A stretch of 47,678 nucleotides of DNA from Welwitschia mirabilis. Lineage: Eukaryota. A program made the translations under genes and the position numbers. Below are positions 35,301 through 47,678 of this stretch, piece by piece (the stretch's first letter is position 1; every line of letters starts with the position of its first letter). Where the stretch lies: the NCBI GenBank assembly GCA_051453625.1, contig JBOZIK010000001.1:32737089-32784766 (forward strand), given 5' to 3'. The notes under the pieces were generated by a model. It was not told the origin of the DNA, ran no database searches, and saw only the letters and a list, made by a program, of their open reading frames with translations.

Positions 35301-37439
35301 TCATGTACATGGCCTAACCAATCACAAACATTATGTAGATCATGTGAGATAAAGTAGAAATCACTAAAATCTATCCCTTGAAAACTCTAAGTGACCTCAG
35401 AAATTGGTTTTTTGTATAAAAAATCATGAAAATATGTCATGTTCTCCCTTAATAGAATCAATATGTCTCATATTACCTAATCATGTAAAATAAAAAGCAT
35501 GAAACATGAGAAACATGAAAAAGTGTAAAATAGTTAGGCCCTATAGAAGGTCAAAAATGAAAGTGCTCAAATCAAAAAACTACTTTGGTAGAAGCGTAGA
35601 TCTTGTCACAATGATCAATTTATCCTTAAGGACCACTATGTTTTAACTTACAATGTTTGAAAAAATGATTTTTAAAAATAAAAACATAATTCTACCTCGT
35701 AAGACACACAAAATCAGATATCTCACAAAATACCTTATGAAAAGCATATCCATAAGTACCAAATCGAAGAGCACGAAAAACTAAGCGATACACATGAAAA
35801 ATATGCTCCAAAAGGCTAAAAAATGGGAGGACAAAAATTAAAACTAACTAAAAAGAGAGAAGCATACCTTATTTTGATAAATCCGATGAAATATCATAAT
35901 CTAGAACATGATAAGATCCAAAATATTAGTGGACCCTAATGTAATACATGACTCATAAAAGAATAGAGAGAAAAGGCATTAGAATGAAGAGAAATAATGG
36001 AAAAGAAATTTAGATCATAGTTTTAACACGCTGCATCTACTCAAGTTCTCTATATGATAGCCCTAGGATAACAATTACAAAAATTTCAAGTTGTGATCCG
36101 TCTGGTCATTTAGACAACAAGGTAAATGATGGAATCTTGAAAAAGTTCAAAAAAATAGAGATGTCAATTAAATAAGTTAGGCTCAGATATTCACATGAAA
36201 GTATCATAATTTATCAAAAAGTCCTAAAGATAGGGAATGATGAAGAATCATGATAAATAAGCATCAAGAATGGGAAAAATCTAAATAATTAAAAGATAGA
36301 AAAATAAAAATGTACTAAGTAGGATATGATAAAGAAACTCAACAAATGTACCCAACTCAAAAAATGATCATGAAAAATATGTAGAACTCTAAAAGACTAT
36401 AAAGAACATCATGAAAATTGCAAAGGATGTCATCTAATTAAAATGCTAAAGGAAAGTCAAGTTTTTTTGATGAAACAACATAGTAAAAGTAAAAATAACA
36501 AGAAGAAAACTACTAAATGATAATGTCCTAAAATGATGATGAAAAAGAACAAAAGTGACTTTGAAATAATAAACCAAACAACTAAAAACAAAAAGAATGA
36601 AAACGAACAACTAGGAACATGAAAAAGATAGTGTACCTACCCTAAATTCTAACCTAGCAAGCCCCCTCGAAAGACATCATAAAATTACCTTAGTAAAGAT
36701 GCATGAGAAAATGTACTAACTCTATAAAGTTCTTCTCAAAAAGATAGTGATTATGATAACATTAAGATCAAGTGCTCTAATCAAGACACACCTTAGTCCT
36801 CAAAAGTAAAATAATCATGTGGGAATAATAAGAGTATAGAAAATAAGTGATGCCTCTACTAACATCAGAAATACCACTAATCCTATAATCTTAAAGTTTT
36901 ATTACTATCTTACATGATGAGGGGAGTTCAACCATAGTTATAGAAGTAACGAGCTATGAAGCATAGCCAATGGATCCCCCAATAGAGTTCCCTTAGCTAC
37001 CAAAACTGCTAAAGGTTTCTTTCTGAACAATTTACACTAGTGTAGTAGAATATGGTGACCATGTATTTAGTATAGATACAATAAATCATGGTCAGTATTA
37101 TCTTCTTTTTCTCTTTTTTTTTTTTTAAATAAATGAATCTCATATTCTCACATATTCTAAAAGATGAAGGTAAAGAAGTGAGATAAAAGATAAAAAAGAA
37201 CACACCTAAATAACCAAAGATCTCACACCATTGAGAAAAACATAATAACCAAGGCATCTTCCTTTAAATTAAATTTTATAGATGTGTTAATGTCTTAAGA
37301 CTATGTAAATCCAATCTTATCACTGTAAAATACCTAAATAACAAGTACTAGTTATGTAAACCTCATTAAGAAAATACATAATTTGAGTTAAAGATAATTA
37401 AGTAACATTATAATATCTATCAACGAAAATGACTAATAA

Positions 37440-40400
37440 AGAATTCAGACAATAATAGGAAGGAAGCCCTCCTCATCAAGGGGATCCTCCAAGACAAGTG
37501 CTTCTATCATGTTCAAGGTTGATCAGAAGGTTTTTTATATATTTTTAACCTTTATCTGTTAACTTTCTAAATCTCTTTAGTATCTAAGTCAGTAATCTCA
37601 ACTAAGCCATTAGAATGTAATTTCTCTATAAAATAAGGATTTAATCATTTAGAGGTCAACTTGTTGTGTAAAAGATGAACTCTAATATTATATAAAAGAG
37701 CAAGTTGGCCAAGTTCAAACATTTTATGAATTAACTTTTTATCGTGTTTGAACTTAGATTGGGCTTTGTAAATAAGTTGACAATGTATGGCATTGATACA
37801 TTTTCATCTAAATGGTTAAGTTGGACTAATCTATTTTTAATATTTTCATATAAGCTTACATGATTAAGTTGATGGAAAACATGATAACAGTTATAACAAA
37901 CATGAACTAGTAAAACACAAACTTTTCTGTATATAAGTTCATAACGTGAAAAACCAAGAGAATTATACCAAGTAGTATAGTAAGCCTAAAGAACATCACT
38001 AAGCTTAGAACTTGAAGATTTCTTATTAACAGAGACAAGTTTTTCAAGCATTTTCTTTTTTTTCCCTATTTACATTTTCAGTTTGACCATTGATTTGTAG
38101 ATAATAAATACAATCTACTCTATGTTAAATTCTAATTGATAAAAAAGAACTCCTAAAAAATGATTTATAAAATTAATGCTTTGATCACTAATAATAATTC
38201 TAAGAAAACTAAAATGTTGAAAAATATGAGCTTTAACAAAACTGCAAACAGTTTGGGCATCATTTATAAAAGTAGGAATAGCTTTAACCCATTTAGTAAC
38301 ATAATCAATAGCTACTAAAATGTAAATCTTATCATTATAAAGTGGTTTAATAGGGTCTATAAGGTCAATTTCCCAATAATTAAAAGGTTCACATTCAAAA
38401 TAGGCTTAAGGAGTATATTATAAAAATGGATAAGGCTATTGTAATGTTTATAATCAGAGTGAAGAATTTTCATTACTATTTTTTTCCACTAAAAACATCT
38501 CCATAGATACTACCATGAAAAAGATGAAGGATGTCTAATTTTCACCATTCAAACATATATTTTCTCATAATTTGATCTTCTCACCTATAGTAAAAATATG
38601 GCTCTATCCATTTATAATCACCTATTCTCTGAAAAAAATATTTTCTTTGATTATGGCTCTACTATTGTAATGTTTTCATGGTAATAAGATAATTAACTAT
38701 GTTGGCGTATTAAGGAAGAAAATGAGTAGAATATATGGCAAAAAGTTATTCTTCTAGAAAAGAATCATTAATTGTAAGATCATCAAAAGAAGAAGAAAGA
38801 CATAACAAATGAAATGCTACACTATTATGTTTTCTTACTTTATCAATGATGGTAAGAATAAATTATTGCATACGGAGGATCCATATAATAAGCCTAGCAC
38901 TAGATTATTTCATGATCATGATGTATCTCATAGCTACAGATCCATTTAAACATTCATATGAAAGCCTTTAAGATAGTTTCTAAAATTATTGAGGTAAAAA
39001 ATTATGGATAATATTTCTTTTTTAGTATTAATTTAATTCAATTGAGCTTTAGATATAGTTTTACTATGGTAAGATATAACTTTAAAATCATTTTCATACT
39101 TTTATTCAAGAACCCCACCCATGATAATATTACCAACATCATACATTAATTCAAAATATTTATTCCAGTTGGGTCCCATTAGTATAGGTGCAGAAGAAAT
39201 TTTAAGTGTTTTAAAAGCAAGCTAACAAGATTCATTCCAATTAAATTTAGCTTCTTTTTCAAGTAATTAGTAAAGGGCTTTACAAATTTTAGCATAATCT
39301 TGAATAAAATGGTCATAAAAATCATAATCACCAAGGAAAGATCTAACTTGTTTTACATTTGTTAGAGGAGTTATGTTTTTAATGATACTTAGTTTTTCAT
39401 AGTCCATCCTAACTCCTCACTAGAAATGTGATGAATTAATACAATTTTATTATTAACTAGAAAGAAACTCTTCTTCCAAATTAAATGTAGGCCACTCTTA
39501 ATGCATCTATCAAGGACTTTATCTAACCTTTCTAAGATTATTCAAAGTTTTTACCAAAGATTAAGAAGTAGTCTATAAAAATTGTAATTAAATCCTTTAA
39601 CATATTAGAAAATATATTCATAATTGCATGTTAAAAAGTGCCAAGGGCATTATAAAGTCCAAAAGGCATTCATCTAAAGGCAAATGTTCTAAAAGATTAA
39701 GTAAAAGTTATTTTTGCTTGATTCTCACTAGCTATACAAACTTAATTATAATCACTATACCCATCAAGAAAGCAATAAAGGCATGTTATGTTATTATATT
39801 AAGTATCTGGTCTAGAAAAGGTAAAAGACAATTGTCTTNNNNNNNNNNNNNNNNNNNNNNNNNNNNNNNNNNNNNNNNNNNNNNNNNNNNNNNNNNNNNN
39901 NNNNNNNNNNNNNNNNNNNNNNNNNNNNNNNNNNNNNNNNNNNNNNNNNNNNNNNNNNNNNNNNNNNNNNNNNNNNNNNNNNNNNNNNNNNNNNNNNNNN
40001 NNNNNNNNNNNNNNNNNNNNNNNNNNNNNNNNNNNNNNNNNNNNNNNNNNNNNNNNNNNNNNNNNNNNNNNNNNNNNNNNNNNNNNNNNNNNNNNNNNNN
40101 NNNNNNNNNNNNNNNNNNNNNNNNNNNNNNNNNNNNNNNNNNNNNNNNNNNNNNNNNNNNNNNNNNNNNNNNNNNNNNNNNNNNNNNNNNNNNNNNNNNN
40201 NNNNNNNNNNNNNNNNNNNNNNNNNNNNNNNNNNNNNNNNNNNNNNNNNNNNNNNNNNNNNNNNNNNNNNNNNNNNNNNNNNNNNNNNNNNNNNNNNNNN
40301 NNNNNNNNNNNNNNNNNNNNNNNNNNNNNNNNNNNNNNNNNNNNNNNNNNNNNNNNNNNNNNNNNNNNNNNNNNNNNNNNNNNNNNNNNNNNNNNNNNNN

Positions 40401-41520
40401 NNNNNNNNNNNNNNNNNNNNNNNNNNNNNNNNNNNNNNNNNNNNNNNNNNNNNNNNNNNNNNNNNNNNNNNNNGATTTTATTTTTTATGACTTATTTAAG
40501 GGCTAGATTTAGTCTAATTTAGGTTGCCTAACTAGTTTTACATTATCTTAAAGGTAGATTTTATGTTAAACAATGGAAGTAGAAATGGTTGCTAAATCTT
40601 TATAAGTCCAAGAAAATATATTAATCTTAGAAGTTAAAAGTGAGATTAAATTTGATTCTTATTAAGGAAAAATATTTTTATTTATTATTAAAGGTTTATT
40701 CTAATCATAATAGAAAAAGATATATTTCAAATCACTAGGTAAAGCTTTCATATTTAAATTTAAATTTTCAATGTCTGTCATTTTTTTCTTAGAGTTGACT
40801 ATCGTCTCTAATCATCGTCTGGATGACAATGATAGATGACCTTCCTTAATGTATGAAATCTCAGTTATTTTTAGATGTTGTACTTCTTCTTATATTATAG
40901 TTTTTGTTTCTTCATTATTCTAATCAAAATAGTCAGTTCTTAGGTGTACATGGTTGAGTTCATCATGATTGAAAGCTTTTGAACTTTTTACTTCAAGTGA
41001 ATCATCATACAAGTTAGGCTTATGAAGCATTAATTATCTCTCTTCAAGTAGACAATGCTATAAAATGAAAGTTAGCTTAATTTATTCTTTTACATTTCAC
41101 TCATCACCCAGATCTTTTCTAGGGGCATTGAAAACTCTAATAGTAAATTTCTTATTTCCTAAGTGGCATTCCATCATTCTAGTTCCTGTATCAATAATAC
41201 AATAAACTATTACACAAAAATGCTCTACCTAAAAGTAGTGGATAATCTCCATTATACTCAACTTCAATCACAATCACATTTATTAGATATAACGCTTTCT
41301 CTATTTGAATTACCAAATCTTTTATTACTTTTAAAGATTTCTTCACTAATGTGTTATCCAATTTTAAAATAATATGTGTAGGCTTAAGTCTACTTTTCAA
41401 ACCAAGTCTTTAATAAATGTGTAAAGGCATAATGTTAACACCCACTCCTATATCAATTAAGGCTTTTTTAATTCTTTTATTTTTTTCTAAAGTAATATTA
41501 ACCATTTCTACCTTAAGATC
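37440..41520 (-). pseudogene. pol: Degenerate gypsy pol of C
   Basis: PR ALIDIGVGVNIMPL, YPLLLGRAF; RT partly in the gap 39839-40473, FIDYFLIFGK (~39555-39582); RH SARLIIWIL; INT EPFNYWEIDLIDPIKP..YILVAIDYVTKWVKAIP, IISDQ, QINGQTENVNRE, AYYTTWYNSLGFSRYELIY. Confidence 0.92.
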
Positions 41521-43305
41521 CTTAAATTTTGGACATTTTTGCAAAACTAAGTTGGTTATAGATTGAGCTAAGAAGACTTTACTAGATATGGTTCATTTTT
41601 ATTTCCATTTAATTAGGTATTTCCACAACTTAGATATTTAGGATTTTCTTGCAAGAGTTTTCGAAAGGATAAATTTGTGCTCACATCTTGCATTAAAGCT
41701 TTTAGATAACCATCAAAGGTAGGATTAGTATTTAATTTATTAAGCCAAGAGGTAGTAGGGTTGTTTCCCTTTATCCTATAAAGAATTTTTCTTTTTAAGC
41801 TTATCACTTAAAGGAGAAGAAAAGTTGTGATTTTCTAAGATTTTAGTATCCTCTTCTTCTTCATTATCTTTCTTATCATTTTTGGAAGTTAAATCCTCAT
41901 GGGTAGGAGGTGTTATATCATTTTTACTTTTCATTACAACCTTACAATCTTTTCTTATTTTATTAGGATTTGACAAAGGTTGTGTTGTAAGTGATCCTTA
42001 TGGTCTTTGACTTGCTAGCATAACTTTTTAAATAATATTCACTAGATTTTCAATGTTTGAGTTTGTATTCTCTTGAGATTTTCTTAGCTCATCAATGGAA
42101 TTTCTTAGTGGATCATTTTGATTTTGAGAATTTGATGTACTTGCTTAAAACTTTAAGCTAGTTGGTTGGAAGTTTGAGTTATTGGATTAAAAGTTAGCAT
42201 TCTAAAATCTATTTTTAAATGGTTGAAAATTGGGATGATTTATTTGAAAGTTCTTAAATTTATTCTCAAAATATTGAAAGTTATATTATACATTCATTCT
42301 AGGTTAAAATTAGTGATTTTGATTTTGATTCCTAAAGTTTGAAGACTATTGGTTAAATGCACATACTTCTTCATAAATTTTCTCTTTATAAGTTGGTAAT
42401 AAAGGACACTTTTTAGTTACATGATAGTTCTATTTACAAAATCACAAGTTGAAACCACCTTCTTTTCAGTTGCCACTTTTACATCTAAATCATTTAAGTG
42501 TATGTTTTTAATGTTATCGTGAAATCCTTAATTACACTTGTTGGTTCTTTTTCTATTTTTACTTCCTCATTTTCTTGTTTCCCTTTTTTAAGATCTTTTA
42601 TGATTTAGCCTCTAGTATGGTTTTCTTTATAGGTTGGTTTAGGTCATTTTTGACTTACTTTCATTAATTCCTTCAACAACTTTTATACATTTTCTAATGT
42701 GAGATTCATTAAGTTTCCACCACATGAAAAATATACAAGTTATTTAGTTTGGCTAATCCACTATAAAAATAGTCTATTAGCTCTTCTTGAGTAAAAGCAT
42801 CAATGGAATTAGAATGAATTATAATAAAGAATCACTTTTAAGTAGTGACATAATATTTATTAGGTGGTTGTTTCTACGTCTTTTTTTCTTTTTTTCATTG
42901 TAGTTTGCCTCATAAATCCTTTTATAAAGGATTTTTCAACTTAGTTCCATATTTTTAAGCTTTGATGTGGAATAGTTCTTAGCCATAATTTTTCTTTTCT
43001 TTTTAGTGTAATGGAAAAGATAATCATGTAAGTATGATCACTAATTCATTTTTTACCATTTCCTGAAGTAAGCACTGATTATTAGATATTGGCTATATGT
43101 TGAAGGGGATCTTCATTATTTTCTCTATTAAAAATAAATATGCACTTAAATTTCTCAACTCGACATCATCACAAGAAGGTAGGTAAAAAGGATTTTGGAT
43201 TTCATACTTTTTATTTGCAATTATTTCTTTAAGAGTAACATTGGCATTTAGATTTATAGGGGTAGTAGAGGTTTCTGTTAAAATAGGGGAATTAGGAGAA
43301 GACAC
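41521..43305 (-). pseudogene. gag: Degenerate gag of C
   Basis: ORF 43093-43305 (NANVTLKEIIANKKYEIQNPFYLPSCDDVEL); KLWLRTIPH; CGGNLMNLTLEN; knuckle CDFVN..YHVTKKCPLLP; ORFs 41613-41976 homologous to A and B. Confidence 0.85.
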
Positions 43306-43963
43306 TTATCTCTACTTTTACATAGAATTTAACACTATAATAAACTATTTTCTTCTAAACTTTCTTTTGAAAAATTAGATTTTGAAGTAATCAATGCAAG
43401 AAAATCTCTTTGCTTAATTTTTGGAATGTTTTGTGTACGTAGGGTGTGTTTACCTAGGTTTTGTTTGTAGTCCATTAAATCTTCTCTAATGTTTTCTTTG
43501 ATCAACAGTTGTTCTCTCTAATACTTCATATTTTTACCACATCCTTGCATACTCAGTTTTGGTTCTGCAAGCATCATCTCATTTGTCATTTAGATGATGT
43601 ACGTGGATGAAAAAAGACACAAAAAAACCAAAAAACCAAAAACATAGAAAAATAAAATTTCCAAATAATATAGAAAGAAAATTGATAGTTGTCCTTTAAT
43701 TATCTAAACAATAGAGGGGAGAATAGGAAAAACCTAAATTTTATAAAAATTAAATACCCTATTTTCATGGGTCATTTTTGTTGTTCATCATCTAAACAAT
43801 GACGAGGATGATAATGCATTATTTTCAAAATGTAAATCAAAAAATGCGGAATGAAAAACCTATAGTTTTACTATAGAGATACAGTGCTACTATAGATAAA
43901 TACTTGAACCAAAGTTTAAACTACTTATCTAAGCAATGACAATCCTAAAACTCCTAGCATCCT

Positions 43964-43981
43964 TCCCTATCAATGGTGCTA
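43964..43981 (-). promoter_or_regulatory. Degenerate primer-binding site of C
   Basis: Minus strand TAGCACCATTGATAGGGA, in the same position and context (CCTTCCC...AAGA|TGTT) as B's PBS. Confidence 0.72.
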
Positions 43982-43984
43982 AGA

Positions 43985-45188
43985 TGTTATAGTGCATATT
44001 TATGCAATCTTTCACATTCTTATTAAATCCTATTAATCGTAAATATATATTTCAAAACACAATACACTAAGATAGATGTGAGTAACTTAAATGTCATAAT
44101 CCATTGAAGACATAGGCAATAAGAAAGAAAATTATTTTCAAATAAAATATTTATGTATTTTCTTTTAAGTAGAATAAAATGCAATGCAAGTAAGCACTCT
44201 ATACAAATGAAATACAAGACTAATCTAAGTGCAACATCTATTTGATTACCAAATCAACCTATCATGGATATTGGCCCTGTACAATCTAGAGCAATCAAGG
44301 AAACTATCACTAACTAAAACCAACCTAGGCTGTCAAGTACATCAAATAAATATGAAAATAATGCAAGTTAATATATGAAATGAAATGCAATACAACTAAA
44401 CAAAGGTTGCTCTCATGATCTATATCACAGATGAAGTTGTTATGAAATCATAAGCAACATAAACCATAAGGGAGATGTACATAACAAAAAATATAAATAG
44501 AGAAATAAAGTTTTAATTAATTCAAACTAACATTTATGTTACAAAGTAGTAGCACCTCAATGGAGGATACATAGCTCAACCCCAAGAAAGATATATCTCT
44601 ACAATAATAAGGAATGGATCTCCTACCCTTCGATCTCCTATTTCTGATGCTAAAAAGGTAAAATCAGAGTCAATGGTAAAGGAGGTACCTATTATAAGCA
44701 AGACTCTAAAAATAGTAAATCTTAATAGATGTGGTAAAACCCTAATGGCTACTGATGCATGGTGAAATTTTAATGAATTATGGTAAGCAGTTATATTTAG
44801 GTGTTATCCTATTAGTGATCTGGACATCACAAAAGATGATGCCACATCATATAAAATCCACATCAGCTACTAGTTTGTTGCACTAATCATCCTAGTCAGC
44901 ATAACTTCTTCTATCATCTATGCTATCATCCGAGTGATAAGATGAATGATGGGCTTTACAAAATTATTTTTTGTATCAGAGCAGCCTCTTTGATTACAAG
45001 ATTTCTACTTTAGATAGGAAGTATTACAATTTGTTTGAAATGCTATTAAATGTAATGAAGATTGCATGTTTTAGTAATATTCACCTTAGCTCTTCATTAT
45101 TATCAAAACTCAGCATAAATCTATCTAATGTCTTGCAAAACTACTCAAAAAATACCCTATCAAATACATAAAATTTGTTATCACAACA
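43985..45188 (-). repeat. 5' LTR of C
   Basis: Plus strand TGTTATAGTGCATA...TTTGTTATCACAACA. The left ~650 nt are homologous to the B LTR; the right ~340 nt match 32541-32854. Confidence 0.88.
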
Positions 45189-47397
45189 CTCCATAATAAA
45201 ATGAATTCATGGAAAGAAAAATTGGTCTCTACTAAATATGGCAAGAACCATATTGTTTCAAGCCAATCTTAATAAGGTTTTTAGGCTAAAGTAATAAATA
45301 CATCAAATTTCCTTCAAAATCACATGTTGACAAGGCATCTTAATTACTCCACTTCATATGAGCAATGGTATGGCATTAAACCCAATTTGTCTCATTTACA
45401 AATTTCTGGATCTAAATATTATGTTAAAAACACTAACCTGGGTCAAGATAAATTGAAATCTAAATTCAAGGAAGTTTTTAGAATTATTTATGTTAAATTT
45501 CTTCCTTCTTAAGATTCCAATTCTTGTGATAATGCTCCTAATTCTTGTAGTCTTGATTCTAGTGAATCTAAGGATATTGATAATGTTGGTGATGATGATA
45601 TAAAGCATTGAAATTTAAATTCTGAATCCAATTAAGTTCCCATTTAAGATGATAATGAATCTAAAAATTTGTGTGAATTATTGGATCAAAATCTTGAAGT
45701 TCAAATAAAACATAAGAGGCTAACCTCTTATCATGATAAATCTAACATCATAGGTCTTGAATATGCACATGTAATAATAAGAAATCAATAAAATATTATT
45801 GTCATTTTTGAAATAAAGGTATGTGATGATCTTTTGAAAGATTGTTTGGCCTTAAGTTGTGAATTCCTAAATCAAAATCCTATTCATTATAAGAATACTA
45901 GTAAACATCCACATTCGATTAAGACTATGAAGAAGAAATTTCTCAAATAGAAAAAAACAAGACATGGGTTCTTGTCCCTAGATCAAAATATAAAAATATT
46001 ATTAGCACCAAATGGATTTATAGGACTAAATACAATTCTGATGATACAATTAATAAACATTAAGCTCATCTTATTATTATTGGTTATGTATAGGAAGTAT
46101 CCATAGATTATTATGAAACTTATGCTTCTGTTGCTTATCTTGAATCTGTAATAGCCTTGCTTCTGTTGCTTATCTTGAATCTGTAATAGCCTTTCTTACC
46201 TATGCTTCTAAAATGGTATGATTATTTGACAAATGAATGTTCAATCTACCTTCCTAAATGGGGTTCTTGAAGCTAAAGTGTACATCTCACAACCCTAAGG
46301 TTTTATAGAGGAAGGTATAAAGGAACATGTTTATTTATTAAAAAAGGCATTATATGGTTTAAAACAAGTCCTAAGGGTTTGGTTTTCAAGATTAAACCCT
46401 TATTTGTAAAATCATGATTATAAGAAATGTCATTAAATCCATTGAAGGCCATTTAATTTTTTTATTAATTTATGTTGATGAAATAATATTTGGTGGCATA
46501 AATAAGAAGTAAATTGACAAATTCAAAGTTGACATGAAAAGATAATTTACATGATAGATCTTGGCCAACTCTCATACTATCTTCAAATCCAGATTCAACA
46601 AAATCTAATAGGCATTTTCTTAAATCAAGGTAAATATGCTTTTGACATGTTGAAAAAGTTTGATATGCAGGAATGCAAGATCATCTCCACTCCCTTGTCC
46701 ACCACTTACAAAATCAAGAGGGACATGGAGGGAGATGAGGTTGATGAACACATCTATAGTTCTGTGATAGGAATCTTGATGTATCTACCTGTAACTCATG
46801 CTAACATTTAATATGCAGTAAGATTGATGTCTAATTTATGACTTATTCAAGAAATCCTCATCTTGATGTTGTTACAAGGATTCTACATTATGTTAAAGAA
46901 TCATTGAATTATGGTTTTTTTATTGGGGAAATAATAATGCATAACTTGTTGAATATGTTGATGCAAATTAGGCTAGCAGTCTTAATGATCAAAATAGCAC
47001 AATAGGATACACAATGCTTCTTAGTAGAAGCCTTTTTTCATGGGCAAGCAAAAAGCAATATTATGTGGCTCTTTCTACTACTAAAGCTAAGTACATAATA
47101 GTCAATCTAGCAATCCAATAACTAGTATGGCTTAATAAGCTATTTGAATATTTTACAATTTTCATAGAAAGGCCTATACATTTGGTATGTGATAGTGCTT
47201 CTACTAGTGTTATTTCCAAGAATCCTATGATGCATGAAAGGATTAAGCACATTGACATAAAATTCCATTTCATTTGGAATTTGGTTAAAGAAGGGCTTCT
47301 TGTTCTTGATTATTGCCCATCTAAATTACAACTTGCAGACCTTTTTACAAAGTTCCTTAATAAAGAAAGATTCCAAGAATTCAAGAAGAGGCTATAG
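45189..47397 (+). pseudogene. pol: Degenerate copia pol of D (integrase C-part, RT, RNase H)
   Basis: (T)P**NEFMERK / LLNMARTIL (cf. TPQQNGV.ERKNR.LL.MART); WYGIKPNLSHLQISGS; KTWVLVPR..TKWIYRTK; QMNVQSTFLNG; LKKALYGLKQ; YVDEIIFGG; MIDLGQLSYYL; KNPMMHERIKHIDIKFHFI..QLADLFTK. Confidence 0.94.
46123..46192 (+). repeat. Perfect 35-bp tandem duplication within the RT of D
   Basis: TGCTTCTGTTGCTTATCTTGAATCTGTAATAGCCT at 46123-46157 and 46158-46192. Confidence 0.95.
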
Positions 47398-47414
47398 ATC
47401 ATTGACATTAAGGT

Positions 47415-47649
47415 TAATGAAGAGTATTGTAATACCCCAACTTTAATTACCCTAATTAACCATAATTTTTTTTATTGATATTAATAACTAACATGCACAA
47501 CGGAACCTAGGATCAAATCTTATTTAGACTCTATTAACAGATTATAAGATTTAAAATAATTAGAAAATATAACTATTACTTAACCATAAACCCTCTTGGT
47601 TTGCATACAATAATAATGTCAAATTTGTATTCTATATTTATTTCTAACA
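47415..47649 (+). repeat. Degenerate PPT and putative short 3' LTR of D
   Basis: TTAATGAAGAG|TATTG resembles copia TTAAGGGGGAG|TGTTG after decay. Candidate end TTTCTAACA at 47649. No partner LTR in the window to confirm. Confidence 0.5.
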
Positions 47650-47678
47650 TTGTTTCGCCACACAAAATATCTTGTATA

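Larger units (their letters stand above)
32541..45188 (-). mobile_element. Element C: Athila-related Ty3/gypsy retrotransposon with env-like ORF, inserted in the integrase of copia D
   Basis: 5' LTR 43985-45188, PBS, gag-pol colinear with B, long 3' region with an extra ORF, PPT and a partial 3' LTR. Confidence 0.92.
45189..47649 (+). mobile_element. Element D: 3' half of a compact Ty1/copia element (Ivana/Ale-like layout)
   Basis: Starts mid-integrase right after C's LTR and continues through RT and RH. The PPT directly follows pol, then a short putative LTR. Confidence 0.88.

Noticed and set aside
176-40506. Long ORFs in the track made mostly of X (e.g. 176-835, 3118-3628, 16600-17030, 22384-23079, 33090-34184, 39628-40506)
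   Set aside because: They stay open only because they run through N-gaps and carry no coding evidence of their own.
23462-45188. C nested inside B's 5' LTR, or a simple intact tandem dimer
   Set aside because: No remainder of B's LTR follows C's 5' LTR (copia integrase does), and the outer flanks share no TSD.
4136-47273. Short ORFs antisense to or out of frame with recognised TE genes (e.g. 4136-4405, 10140-10334, 11287-11484, 27453-27647, 29415-29627, 41163-41372, 44023-44217, 44971-45171, 47061-47273)
   Set aside because: 60-90 aa F/I/L/K-rich shadows of TE coding strands or LTRs with no recognisable motifs.
47428-47678. TGTAATACCCC as the start of a Tekay/Del chromovirus LTR
   Set aside because: It overlaps the exact position expected for D's own LTR after the PPT and there is no other chromovirus evidence. 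It cannot be fully excluded at the window edge.
1-47678. Fungal RIP as the cause of the transition bias; host genes, tRNA/rRNA genes or DNA transposons
   Set aside because: The elements belong to plant-specific lineages (SIRE, Athila, Tat), so methylcytosine deamination is the simpler explanation. No exon-like host sequence, RNA gene, TIR or transposase catalytic motif was seen.

Overview
Very AT-rich, gap-ridden eukaryotic window, almost certainly land plant heterochromatin. It consists entirely of old, nested, pseudogenised LTR retrotransposons; I see no host gene, RNA gene or CRISPR array. From left to right: (A) the 5' half of an Athila-related Ty3/gypsy element (minus, 1-4164); (F) very decayed remnants of a probable Tat-type gypsy element (minus, 4165-7649 and 19194-20040) with an antisense accessory ORF; (G) a structurally near-complete SIRE/Maximus Ty1/copia element with an env-like ORF inserted in F's integrase (plus, 7650-19193); (E) a canonical Athila gag-pol fragment (minus, 20141-23461); (B) and (C) two elements of the same family as A (minus, 23462-45188), fused through one short chimeric LTR (32399-32854); and (D) the 3' half of a small copia element (plus, 45189-47649) interrupted by C. 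The most interesting signals are: a dispersed family of ~40-bp nested hairpins (GTCGTCC...GGACGAC) at equivalent functional positions in A/B/C; AGACGTCT palindrome arrays in G; an apparently shared accessory protein domain in three unrelated lineages; the recombinant LTR recording a large deletion; and pervasive C>T/G>A decay. All alignments and translations were done by eye, so domain boundaries are approximate and the functional ideas are hypotheses.
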